Assembly: GCA_951406725.2 (NCBI GenBank)
Contig: OX597826.1
Location: forward strand, 17,298,001 to 17,362,000
Length of the DNA stretch: 64,000 nucleotides
Direction of reading: 5' to 3'
Origin: Octopus vulgaris
Lineage: Eukaryota
Below the pieces are notes generated by a model that did not search any database, was not told the DNA's origin, and was given only the letters and a program-made list of their open reading frames with translations. The position numbers were made by a program, and so were the translations under genes. Shown here piece after piece: positions 39,908 to 52,400 of the stretch. The stretch's first letter is position 1. Each line of letters begins with the position of its first letter.

Positions 39908-41140
39908 TAAATTGCTGAGTAAAAAGTATGCAACGTTTTAAATCATGAAGAATTTGTCCCGGATTTTTGCAGAGTTTCCTTTTTTTTTTAAACATTTTTT
40001 TTTGCAATTGTCTGATAATACAGACATAGAATTGCTCAAATGCATCAATAAATTAACATCGATATTTTTTTCACCATTGTTACAATCATCTGAAATATTC
40101 GAGCAATTTTGCAATTCAACTTCAAAAAAGGAACGTAAAGCAGCAGAAACTGCTCGCGATATCAACGAAACATTTGGTGAGGAAATGACCAGTGAGTGAT
40201 CAGCTCGAAAATGGTTTGAGACCTGAGCCATGAAGATCGTGAGCGGAGTGGTCACCCATCCGTATCGATGACGGTCAATTAAAGACCGTCATAGAGAAAG
40301 AGCCACGTAAAACCACTCGAGAACTAGTAAAAGAATTTCAAGCGAGCCAGAAAACTGCCTGCAACCATTTTCATGCGATCAGAAAATCAAAAAAAAAACA
40401 TAAATGAGTACCATACAATTTGAAAGAAAATCAGAACATACGAAGATATGAAATTTGCTCGTCGCTTCTTCCCCATAACCTGATCGATCCATTTCTCGAC
40501 CGTATTGCAACTTTCCATGAAAAGTGGATTCTGTACAATAATAAAAAACGTTCTTTGTTGTGGTTGGACAAGATGAAACGCTGAAGACTTTCCCTAACAG
40601 TTACTGTAACCTTCAAAAAGAAGGTTATGGTGACTGTTTGCTGGTGTACTGCTGCATTCATCCAATATAACTTCTTAAGTCCCGGAAATTGCCAAAATGA
40701 ACGAACACTTCTACTCCTCCGTCCCATACTGGCCAACCGAAGAGGTTCAATCATTCTTCATGACAATGCTCGACCACATATTTCCATAATGACGCTCCAG
40801 AAGTTGAGGGAACTTGGCTACGAACTTCTTCCCCACCCAGCTTATTTTCCAGACCTTTCTCCTACCGTCTACCAGTTTTTCAAGCCCCCCCCCCCCCATG
40901 GTTTCCTGCGAGACGAGGTGTTCAAAAGTCAAACTGATTCTGAAAGTGCGTTCAATGAGTTCATCAGCTCCAGAACTCCAGATTTTTGCGTAACCGAAAT
41001 AAACAAACTTGTAATTCGTTGGCAAGAATGCGTTGATTGTAAGGGTACTTACTTTGATGAATAAAATTTCCGCATTGTTGAAATATATTGAGATGAATTT
41101 CATGTTTCAAAACGTTGCTTACTTTTTACTCAGCTTGATA
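39908..41140 (+). mobile_element. Full-length, inactive mariner transposon
   Basis: TIRs GCTGAGTAAAAAGTATGCAACGTTTT / AAAACGTTGCTTACTTTTTACTCAGC with TA flanks; about 1.23 kb; motifs RIATFHEKWILYNN, HDNARPH, HPAYFPDLSPTVYQFF (first and third catalytic Asp lost); frameshifts. Confidence 0.95.
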
Positions 41141-41150
41141 TATATATATA

Positions 41151-41370
41151 GGCAGAGGAGGGGGCTGCGTGGTAAGGAGCTTGCCTCCAAACCATATGGT
41201 TCCGGGTTCAGTCCCACTGCGTGGCACCTTGGTTAAGTGTCTTCTACGTAGCCTCGGTCCGACCAAAGCCTTGTGTGTGGATTTGGTAGACAGAAACTTA
41301 AAGCCCGTTGTATGTGTGTGTGTGTGTGTGTGTATGTGTGTGTCTGTGTGTGTGCGTCTGTGTCTGTCTG

Positions 41371-41401
<31 letters not shown>

Positions 41402-41601
41402 TTGTTTGTGTGTCCATGTGTGTTACCCACCATCGCTTGACAGCTGATGTTGGTGTGTTTACATCTCTTAACTTACCGGTTCGGCAAAAGACCTGATAGA
41501 ATAAGTACTATTGTTACAAAGAATAAGTCCTTGGGATGATTTGTTCGATTAAACGCAGTGCTCCAACATGGTCACAGTCAAATGACTGAAACAAATAAAA
41601 G

Positions 41602-41606
<5 letters not shown>
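41151..41606 (+). mobile_element. SINE family A, full length
   Basis: Homologous to 11183-11647; sits in the TA run directly after the right mariner TIR. Confidence 0.93.
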
Positions 41607-41665
<59 letters not shown>

Positions 41666-41677
41666 TATGTGTGTGTG

Positions 41678-41711
<34 letters not shown>

Positions 41712-41715
<4 letters not shown>

Positions 41716-41918
41716 ATCCAAATATGAAAACACAATGAGAAAACACAACAACGCGAGGACGTGGAAGAAGTATAGTATTATTGGACGCTCAGGAAAGAAG
41801 GAAAGATGGAAGGTTTAACGTTTCGAGCGGAGCTCTTCGTCGGAAACATAGGAAAAAGAAAGATCCAAAGAAGGGAAGACGGGGGGAAAAATCGCCAACG
41901 GTAGACATGCGGTCACAT
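41712..41918 (-). mobile_element. Short pLTR/retrozyme-like element in (TA)n with minimal hammerhead motif
   Basis: Flanked by (TA)n. Minus strand 41847-41813 reads GTTT-CCGACGA-A-GAGC-TCC-GCTC-GAAAC-GTT-AAAC (U4 to C in the core). Confidence 0.65.
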
Positions 41919-41955
<37 letters not shown>

Positions 41956-42958
41956 GGATGCATGTATATACACAGACACACACATATATATATACATATA
42001 GGTGTGGGTATGTGCGCGCGCGTACTGACGTGCGTCCCTGTGCGTGTGAGAGAGTGCGCGCGCGCGTATCTATACATATAATTTGGATATATGTGTTGAA
42101 CGCAGCACATTCTGACTGAACTTATCTTAAACATTATGATAAAGTGTGTGAAAATAGTTACCAAGTTGGGGTACAGATACTATATTAGTATATGTGGTAC
42201 GCATGGAACAACACAAAAAGATCACGTCAACGAAAATGCAGTGAAAATACTGATTAAGCGCTTGGTTAGACTTTGTTTCTACGAACCCAACTCTCGTTTT
42301 TCTTCATCAGCCATTTTCAACGAAAGAGGGAAAAGAGACAGTAGTAAATGACTCACGGACAAAACCTACTTTCTTTTACTGGTTTGATCAACAGTAGTCA
42401 CGATTCGATAGAATTAAAATTTGCTAATCTCTTTGACGGGGTAAAATGACCTCCAGGAACCTCAACTTTATGGTGAACTATAATTAACATTGGCATATTA
42501 ATTATAGGATTCAGACAAATATGTGCTGAATCCTACATATTCCGACCAATCTAGTCTGAGAAATAATCTCACAAAGTTATCATGAAACAGCAACACAAAT
42601 ATGTAAACTAAGAAGTTGGTTTCTACTCGAGTTTTACCATTCGTGGTCTTGCGGGTGACAAATTCAGATATTGAAATAAATACATTCCTTTTCTGTACGC
42701 ATCATTCTCATTGTACGATTCATTGGCAGGAGTGCTTTCATTAATCAATTTGTTTTGACAGTTGGCTCTGACCTACGGAGTAACAGCCTGTTGTTTACTT
42801 CTGTCTTGCTACCGTTCTGCAAGTATAATTTGCATTGCCGCCCCTGGTAAGTAACAATAATACTGAAGACCTTCGAATCATCCAGTTGTTATAAATCCTA
42901 GAACTGCTGCGTCCGTGTGTGTTTTGTGAATGTGTGTATGTGTGTAGATGTGTGTGTG

Positions 42959-43044
<86 letters not shown>

Positions 43045-44055
43045 GTGTGTGTGTAGAAAAAGAGAGAAATATGCATGTGTATATGTTCATTAATGTTTAC
43101 TATACGTGTGGTGGGAGGACATGTTGGGGAAAATAGGAGGTCAAAAGTGAAGTAGACCAACAAAATAGCAACTCGATATAACAGATGGATGGATGTGTGG
43201 GGTGGGTGGGGCGTGGGTGGGGTAAGACTGCTTGTATCAAAATGTATAACTCTGAATATTTGAATGAGTGCCGGATATATTACATACTGTATAATTTTTA
43301 TTTTTAAATGTCATTGGAAAGTACAGTAAATAGTCAGAACATCCCACAACTGATTAGCATAGCAGCGATGTCAAGAGTGAAAACGATGTTGGCAAGATAT
43401 TCATAGAAAGAATGTTATGTACACTCGAGATAAGAGAAAATACATGTTTTCAAACTCTCGTTGTCCCTCTAACGGTCACAGGTATTACATAGGAGATAAT
43501 TATTTCACTATTATTCAAAGCAGGATTACAGTTTTCAAAATTGAAGAATTATAGACCAAAAGCATAGAATTCATGTTACTAAGTGTTTTGTTTGTTAGTT
43601 TTTTTAAGGGAGTGGGGTAATACTTAAAACGAAATGCTTTAAATTACTAGTTATTGGTATAACATTATTTCATTCTCTTTAGAAATCATCAGCATGATAT
43701 AACCCATGATTTATTAATTAAACAGTTTATGAAGTGAAACATTTCATTAAAGACGGGAATATTTTTCGTTATTCTAAAAGTCGTTAGATAAGAAATCTAG
43801 GTAACATAATTTTCAGTTAAATGACACTGAAAATATAATTCTTTGTGTTTCTAGTGCTGAAGAATGCCGTATACTGAATATGGGGAACGTAGTATGTTCC
43901 AAAGAGAGAGTGGTTTTTATTCAAAGCTGATTGAAATTCATTTCCTTTATATTACCTCATGGATTTACATAATTTCTTTTAATTTCGAAATTCTTATTCG
44001 GTGCCTAGGTAATAAGCTTTGGTGCCTAGGTAATAAGCTATTATTAATGTTATTA

Positions 44056-44126
<71 letters not shown>

Positions 44127-44494
44127 GAGTGAGAGAGCAGTGCATGCCATCAAAGTGACACTGGGGTAAAATATACGAAGCCCAATATACCCATCATGAC
44201 TACCCGTCTGATAAGGGTACACCAGGCACATGCATCACAACCATATGTGCGCGACATGGTGATCTCATATCAAGATAAACAGCACATGACCTTGCAGGTG
44301 GGGCCCAGTTAGAATTTTCTTCAGGCTGAGTAGCCCATCCCGCTCAAAAGGTCCTTGAATAAGGGTTGTTTAAGGATGTTGAAAGAACCACCCATGTTTC
44401 CAGAGGTGAATTATTCAAACCCCAAAGAATCCCTCTCAACACATGGCTATGATACTACCCCAATCCCTCTCAACACATGGCTATGATGCTACCC

Positions 44495-44495
<1 letters not shown>
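44127..44495. mobile_element. About 370-bp non-coding interspersed repeat inserted in (ATT)n, copy 1
   Basis: Highly similar to 45101-45477; flanked by (ATT)n on both sides; terminal tandem duplication of about 34 bp. Confidence 0.85.
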
Positions 44496-44567
<72 letters not shown>

Positions 44568-44617
44568 ATCATTATTGTTATTGTTATTATTATTATCAAC
44601 ATCATCATTATCATTTA

Positions 44618-44772
44618 AAGGCGGCGAGTTGGCAGAATCGTTAACGCACCGGGCAAAATGCCTAGCGCATTTTGGCTATCCTTACGTTGAGTTCAAATTC
44701 CACCGTGATCGACTTTGCCTTTCATCCTTTCAGGGTCATATCCCCTCCCTCTAAATTGCTGGTTTATGGCAT

Positions 44773-44811
<39 letters not shown>

Positions 44812-45062
44812 GAGGATGAGGAGGAGGAGGAGGAGGAGGAGGAGGAGGAGGAGGAAAGCTGCGAGCCTAGCAGAACTGTTAATATGCTGGACAAAATGTT
44901 TAGCCGCATTTTCTCCGTCTTTACGTTCTGAATTAAAATGCCGCCGAGGTCGACTTTGCCTTTCATCTTTTCAGTGAAGATGAAATAAGTGAGGTCGGTG
45001 AAATCGACTGCTTGCTTCCGACCGCAAAATTTCAGGTTTTGTGCCTATGGTAAAAAGGATTA
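44618..45062 (+). mobile_element. Two SINE family B copies (44618-44771, 44856-45062) separated by (AGT)n(GGA)n
   Basis: Both show the family B head and GACTTTGCCTTTCATC. Confidence 0.88.
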
Positions 45063-45100
45063 TAATTATCATCATCATCATTATTATTATCATTATTATT

Positions 45101-45476
45101 GAGTGAGAGAGCAATGCATGCCATCAAAGTGACACTGGGTTAAAATATACGAAGCCCAGTATACCCATCAGGACTACCCGTCTGATAAAGGTACATCAGA
45201 CACAACCATATGTTCGCTACATAGTGATCTCATATCATGATAAATAGCGCATGACCTTGCAGGTGGGGCCCAGTTAGAATTTTCTTCAGGCTGAGTAGCC
45301 CATCCCGCTCAAAAGGTCCTTGAATAAGGGTTGTTTAAGGATGTTGAAAGAACCACCCATGTTTCCAAAGGTGAATTATCCAAACCCTAAAGAATTCCTT
45401 TCAACACATGAATATATGACTATGATTCTTCCCACTACTTCTGCCCGTGATCAGAGATGCACATATCGTCAGCCAC

Positions 45477-45477
<1 letters not shown>
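45101..45477. mobile_element. About 375-bp non-coding interspersed repeat inserted in (ATT)n, copy 2
   Basis: Same start GAGTGAGAGAGCA.TGCATGCCATCAAAGTGACACTGGG as copy 1; (ATT)n flanks. Confidence 0.85.
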
Positions 45478-45526
<49 letters not shown>

Positions 45527-45527
<1 letters not shown>

Positions 45528-46050
45528 AATAGGGACAACCTTTATGTTTGACTCTCGTGATTACCACATCTTAGCGATCTCAATTCTCCATATTTATTTA
45601 TTTTTTCTCTTTCTTCCATGTAATATGTTGATCTCCTGGCACTACCGCGTCGATTATTAGGCATTCTTGTTTGTCCTTCCTAAAGATTACTATATCCGGC
45701 CTTCAGTGCCTTAACATCTTGTCTGTCTGAAAGTCAAAATCCCAGAGGATTTTTACCTCCTCCTTTTTGTCTATTACCTTTACTGGTGTATGTTGTTATC
45801 AATCACCCTTCATCTTGTATCCATACTTCCGTCAGAGTAGCCAGTGAACGCTTTGCGCTACCTTGTCGTGTCTGCGCTTGTACACTTTTTTCGCGCAATA
45901 CTTTCACAAGCACTAACAATGTGAGTCGCGCTTTCGATCCTCTTCCCACACATTCAGTAGAGGTTCGTTGCACTTGTGTGTCATATATCTCTTTTCACTG
46001 AGTTGGTACTCAATGCCTGATCCTGGGCAGCGATGATTAGGCTTTCAGTT
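45527..46050 (-). mobile_element. R4/Dong-like LINE fragment (CCHC to RLE)
   Basis: TESLIIAAQDQALSTN..MCGKRIESATHIVSAC..YKRRHDKVAQSVHW..LWDFDFQTDK..RPDIVI..CLIID..KVVPIV; abuts (TTA)n. Confidence 0.9.
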
Positions 46051-46085
46051 TTTTTTTCTTATGTCACCTTTGCTGAGCCACTACC

Positions 46086-46430
46086 ATAATGTGGGCAGTA
46101 CTTGTCAGCACAATTTTCTGGATCTCACTGAGACATGGTTCTCCTCGGGTATTATCTAGATGTTTTTGACATCCCTTTCTTATCATACCTAGAGCACTTG
46201 CAATAACAGGAACGGTTCTCGCTTTAAGATGCCACATCTTTTGTATTTCAATTTCCAGGTCCTTATATTTACTTAATTTGTCAAATTCCTTTACAGATGT
46301 ATTTTTTATCACTGTGAACACTTCTATTATTCTACAAGTGTTTTCTTCTCTGGTTTTAATGACTACGTCTGATCGATTTTCCTGGATCGATCTGTCGGTG
46401 GCTCAGGATGATGTTCATACTAGTAAGCAG
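46086..46430 (-). mobile_element. Second R4/Dong-like LINE fragment (RLE C-terminus)
   Basis: ORF 46064-46321 KEFDKLSKYKDLEIEIQKMWHLKARTVPVIASALG..EIQKIVLTSTAHI; upstream NRSDVVIK. Confidence 0.9.
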
Positions 46431-47046
46431 GAGTGATGATTAATATTTTATTACTATTACTATCATTATATTATCATCATCATCATCAACAACAACAACA
46501 GCAACAGCAGCAGCATTATTATTATCATCAATATTCGACTTGAATGAAGTTTGGTCTTATTCCTGGTAGGATGTGGGTAATGGCTAACTACCTGTAACCT
46601 TAGATATCCACATGCTTTCAAAAATCTTTCAAGTGCTCAAAACCCTTTCTTGTCCATAAGAAATAAACTTTCTGAAGAAGCTCTACAAAACATTCCAGTT
46701 TCCTGTCCATTTCATCCTTCACAGTTTCTAATGCAACCTTTATAGTTTGCATACTACAAATTCCCGCTATTTCGAATTATTAGGGATTGTATTTTTTTTA
46801 ATTTTTCATCTTCTTTCTTTACAATCCCAGAATCAAACGGACATGATGGATCAATCAGTACGCGTCTTTGCCTTTCCTTGTCTATTTCTGTTACATCTGG
46901 TTTATTATTTTCCCGATCCATATCCGTTTGAGAAGGAAAATCTCATAAAATCTTACATTTCGCCAAATCAAACACTCTTTCAACCCAATGGTCATACCAC
47001 ATACTTCCAGCTTCCCCATTTCTGACGACGAAGTTTCCGGTGCAAA

Positions 47047-47123
47047 ATTGTTGTTGTTGTTGTTGTTGTTTTTGTTGTTACTGCAGCTGTTGTTGTTGTT
47101 GTTGTTGCTGCTGCTGCTGCTGC

Positions 47124-47161
<38 letters not shown>

Positions 47162-47168
47162 TTGTTGG

Positions 47169-47198
<30 letters not shown>
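47047..47198. repeat. (GTT)n/(GCT)n microsatellite
   Basis: Direct inspection. Confidence 0.96.
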
Positions 47199-47199
<1 letters not shown>

Positions 47200-47668
47200 A
47201 AGGACGCGAGCTGGCAGAATCGTTAGCACACTGAGCAAAGTGCTAAGCGGCATTTCGTCCGCCTTTACTTTCTGGGTTCAAATTTCGCCAAAGTCAGCTT
47301 TGCTTTTCGTCCTTTCGGAGTCGATAAAATAAATAGCAGTTGAGCAGTGGAGTCAATTTAATCGGCTTGGCCCCTCCACCGAAATTGCTGCCTTTTGTGC
47401 CAAATTTCGAAATTAATAATATATCGTCATTGCTGTTGTTTTAAGGTGGCGAGCTGGCAGAGTCGATACCGCACCGGGCAAAATGCTGAATGGTATTTCG
47501 TCCGTCTTTTTGTTAATATGTTCTGAGTTCAAATTTCAGTGAGATCGAAGTTGCCTTTCACCCTTTCAGAGCCGATAAAATAAGTACCAGTTACGCACTA
47601 GGGTCGATGTAATCGACTTAGCCCCTACCCTAAATTTTCCGACCTTATGCCTATAATACAATGTATCA
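47199..47668 (+). mobile_element. Two tandem SINE family B copies (47199-47420, 47442-47668)
   Basis: Both begin with AAGG..GCGAGCTGGCAGA and contain the Meta-like domain. Confidence 0.9.
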
Positions 47669-50468
47669 TTGTTGTTTCAACAAGTTTTTTTCCCATAACT
47701 ATAACTAATTCTATGCCTTTAAGCTGCTACAACACGTCTGTAAGAATGAAACGAGAATCTTATGTTTACTACAGTTAAGTCTGTTAAAATTTTAGTGAAG
47801 AAAACGTTTCCCATCCGATGGCGGAGACACTCTCCACTGTGATCAGCTGGCACACGATTTTAGCTAGCATTATAACTAAATCTGTTCGCTTTTAGTTGTA
47901 AAATGTCGACACAGTTTCGTTGAAGAGGTGCAAAGTAGCAAAGACGAAGGAACATGAAAAAGATAAATTATTCAGCAATAAACTAAAAAGATATCAATTT
48001 CTTTTATTTATTTTTTTTTTTTTCAAACATCGATATTGTTTTCTCACTCTCAACATTTTCTTTCTCTCTGCTTTTCAATTCTCATTTTTGCTTTAACATC
48101 TTTCACCTTTTTTCTTACATTTTCTACCATATTCTATTGTTTTCCCCCATTTTCCCACTCTTCCATTCTCCTACAGATTCTCTTGCCTTTATTCTCAAGC
48201 ATTCACAGTCTCTCTTTCACTCTTTCTCTGTCTTTCCCTCTCTCTCTCTCTCTCTCTCTCTTTCTTTATCTATCTATTTATCTCTCACGCTTTATTTTTC
48301 CTTTCTTTCTCTTCAAAACATTTTGTCACTTTATTTTTTCATATTATTTCCTTCTCAAATTTTTTCACTCTCTCTTTTACACTTAATCTATGTCCTAAAC
48401 TATCTTCTCAATTTCTTTCTCTCCTGCTTTGTCTCTTAGCCGTTATTATTCTCCTCTCTTCTCTTCTCTCCCCTCTTAGTCTTACTCTTTCAGCTTCTCT
48501 CTCTCTCTCTAACTAGCTTTCTCTTGAACTATCCTACAACTACTTTCAACCGCTTTCAACTACTTTATCATTCAAATGTTATATTTAGCCATCCTTCTAT
48601 CCATCTATCTACCTTGCTAACAATAAATCTATACATTTATTTGCTTCCCATCTTCATTTCTTTTGAGATGCTTGTAGCAAAAGATCCAGCTGTTTTTGTA
48701 AGACCGAAACATCAAATTCAAAATTGATTTTTAATTATAGTATATCGAGTACGTTTCGTTCTTCTTTTCTGCGTATTTTTTATTCAGCTATCGATTTTCT
48801 TGGTCATTATTCTTTGTGTTTTTTAATTGATTTTTACGATTTCATTTAGTATATTTTTTTATAGTTTTATTAGCTGTATTTATATTTGTTATTTTTTCAT
48901 GGTAGAGCCAGGAGATATTTAATTCAGCATGAAAGTTAAAGAATGAACAACATTGAACCTCGCTTCTTTTATATCACTTTCGAAACCAGATTTCAACTAC
49001 AGAAGGGAAAAAACACTTTTCTATATTTCTTAATCCTTATTTAAAGGAAAAGATATAATTGTCTCCGATAGAAAACCATGCATTTATAGGAAAGTGTTAA
49101 TGAAATTAACTTACAATCATAGATTTCTCGGGGGCTTTAGCGGGAAAGGGGAAGCGAATATATTTTAACAGGAAATCGAAACCGTTTCGCAAGACTTGTT
49201 CAGAGGAAGTGAAAAACCTTACTGAGCCGAATACAACACTTTTAATTCTCGCCATCATGACTGCTGAATATCATCTCTCTGCTGGCGATCATCCTTTTAC
49301 ACACACACACACGTACACACTTGTACACACATACACACATATCGTCCATCTCTAGGCAGAGCTTTGTTTTATGTATAGAGACACTGATGTAAAGGTGAGT
49401 TGCACGTTGACTTCGTGAACAGGCTGTTCCGTTGATCGGATCAGTTGGAACCCTCGTCGTCGTAACCGACGGAGTGTAAGTTAGAGCTACTCATACGTAA
49501 AAGGCAAGCTGTAAGTTTAGCTGCATGTTCAAACAAACACTAAACGAAGTGTTCTTAAGGAACATCTTTTAGCAGTTCGCTAACTTTGAATTAATACCTC
49601 CGCCTTGAGGATACTAAAAATGTTCGATAAAACTCTTTGGGCCGATGGGACTGTTCTTTGGGACGATTAATACTTGTGGGTCAAAAGACAGTTGACTGAA
49701 TTATTGCTGTGGAAAGCTGGCATCGCAAAAGAAATAACAATATATATGATAATGCAATAAAATACAATGTACTAATATACATTTCTTATCTATACATAAT
49801 TATTGTTTATTTTACTCTGTTTCCTAAAGTATAATGATATAGCTATAATAGTTTATCATTATATGAAAATCACAAGGGAGTGAAAAGTTGAATGAGTGTA
49901 ATATTCTTTCCATAACGGCAAATCGACTTAAGATTATTCTTTAATGATACACTCGATACATAAATTAGCTATATTATTCACCATTAACATCGCAGTTTTG
50001 TAATACTTCAAAGTATTTTAGTTTTAGATTCATTTTTCTTCATGTAAGAAGAGAAAATTTTGGTTAAGTCAGTGAAACTTATAGCTGTTCTGATAGCACG
50101 GCACTGACTAGCCTGGCTTTACAGTAATTAGGTAACTTACTCTGAACTTTACTTCTGAATGATACTGACAGCTAGATGAAAAGAGCCATTGAAATTAATG
50201 TTGTTTGTTTTATGTGAAACAGCGTAGAGCCGAGTAATATATCATTAACACTAGCACTTTCATCGTGGCTGGAGAATGGGTTTGAGGTGAGAGAGACATA
50301 TTTTCAACATATAATTTGTTGACCTCAAAATAATAATTGACGAAGTCGACTCATATTTCTCACACAATATGAAGAGTGACGAAATTAAATGCTGCAGACT
50401 ACAGTACCTTACGGTCTCCTGTAGCTCACGACATTATCACAACAAAGTTTATATTTCTTAAATTTTCC

Positions 50469-50625
50469 CAGGCGTGGCTGTATGGTAAGAAGCTTGCTTC
50501 CTAACCACATGATTTTAGATTCAGTCCCACTGCGTGGCACTTTGGACAAGTGTCTCTGACCGACTAAAGCCTTGTGAGTGGATTTGTTAGACGGAAACTG
50601 AAAGAAGCCCGTCATATATATATAT

Positions 50626-50663
<38 letters not shown>

Positions 50664-50900
50664 GTGTGTGTGTGTGTGAGAGTGTGTGTGTGTGTGTTTG
50701 TGCTTATCCCCCCACCGTCGCTTGACAACCGATATTGGTGTGTTTATGTCCCCGTAACTTAGCGGCTCGGCAAAAGAGACCGAGAGAATAATTACTAAGC
50801 TTACAAAGAATAAGTCTTGGGGTTGATTTGTTCGACTAAAGGCGGTGCTCCAGCATGGCTGAAACAGCATGACTGAAACAAATAAAAGACTAAAAGAAAA
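50469..50900 (+). mobile_element. SINE family A, near full length
   Basis: Homologous to 11183-11647. Confidence 0.92.
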
Positions 50901-51499
50901 GCCAAAAATTATTCAAGTGGGGATGGGTCAGTTCATCTGATTGAATCCACTCTCGTTGACATGTTTCATCGATCTCAAATTGATGAAAAGAAAAATTAAC
51001 TCCACTGGTTTTGAACTCAGGTTTTACTGGGATTTTACTGGGAATTGCGTTAATTCTTTATTTAGGTGATCCATTGTTTGCAAGTTTCCTTTGCCCTGAA
51101 CCTTTTATTACAATATATTATTAACAATAAATTGATAAATGATTTTCAAATTCTATTTCACTTTGAAATTTAAAATATTTGTTTTTTGTCAATAAAAATC
51201 TTATATAAAAGAAAGCAATTAAAAACTTAAATCTCTTCGTCAATAGCACTAAATAAACTTTATCTGCTAAACGGAATTTCAAAATTATAAATGAGTGACA
51301 AACAAAAAATTGTAATTAAGAATAATTAGCTAAGAAAGAATATAATTATTTTAATGACTGTGAAACAAATTAATGTAAGAAAGTTGTTTTAACGAGTAGC
51401 CAAACAAGCTTGATTAATTCAACAATTTGGTGATTCAGTAGCTGAGTGGTTAACATTATTAAACCCGCAATCAAGCTTGCTACAGGTACAACAGGATTT

Positions 51500-52400
51500 A
51501 CTAAAGCACAGAGCCACAGATTTTGAAGGGAGGTGAAAGAAACTGTCATATTCACCTGTTTTATCAAAAACCGTATCTGTCTGAAATAATTCATTTCTGT
51601 TAAGAATCGAAATTTCATTGCAGGCTTTCATTCATATTACTCTGTAAATGTTTATCAGTTTTTAGCACCGTTGACCCAAAAGTAGGTGCAGTACACAACT
51701 AAGGATCTTATCTGATCCCTGTAGTACGTTGCTGATTTTTGAAGGTTGAAGCATTTCCTGGTCCTGAGCAGATCAATCTTGTAAAGCAGCTTTTGTTAAG
51801 TGAAGGATTTGCACTTGTTAGAAAAGATTGTCATTGATACTCAGACTCGTATAAACAGTGACCTTGGAGATTCTTGATCCATGGGATTATGGTATTGTTA
51901 TCATGACACATGCAATGATTTTGTTTTTGTGCTGCTGAAGGTCACAACTCTAGCCTAAAGCCCGCTGGGGAAAGTTTCGAGAGTTTTGTGAATAGAGACA
52001 GTGTAAGGCTGGCTCGAGATGTTAAGATTGCTCGTTAATGATGCTTGGGTGCAAAAGAAATGAAAGTCAGTTTCATCTGCGTAAGAGTAAGCATTATTGT
52101 GGATGACAGCAAGTAGGTCGTTGATGTATAAAAAGAATAGTATGGAGAAACGCGAATCTTGGTGCCTAGCAGACTTAATTGAGTATGAGTCAGTAAGAGC
52201 TCCATCAGCACAATCTGCAACAGTGTGATCTAACAAGAAGCCACCCACTGATCTAAAAGAAAATAGATAGATAAAAGCGTGAGTAGAGAGTGTTGCTGGG
52301 AGATGCACATATCCAGCAAGGTAGGATATTTTTGCAGAAAAGTCTTTGCATCAAATTGACGTGATTATACTAGGCTTGACACAGTGCCGTCATTTATAAT
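51500..52400 (-). mobile_element. Degenerate Jockey/CR1-group LINE RT region
   Basis: RHQDSRFSILFFLYINDLL..NNAYSYADET matches PQGS.L.P.LF..YINDL....YADD; downstream VTFSSTKTK and YYRDQIRSLVVYCTYFW match V.FN.SKT and LYKA.IRP..EYCS..W. Confidence 0.8.

Noticed and set aside
51370-51631. Cys-rich ORF (CFSKSCCTCSKLDC) suggesting a toxin or metallothionein-like peptide
   Set aside because: No signal peptide, and it lies directly downstream of and collinear with the LINE RT relic; more likely an alternative frame of decayed LINE sequence.
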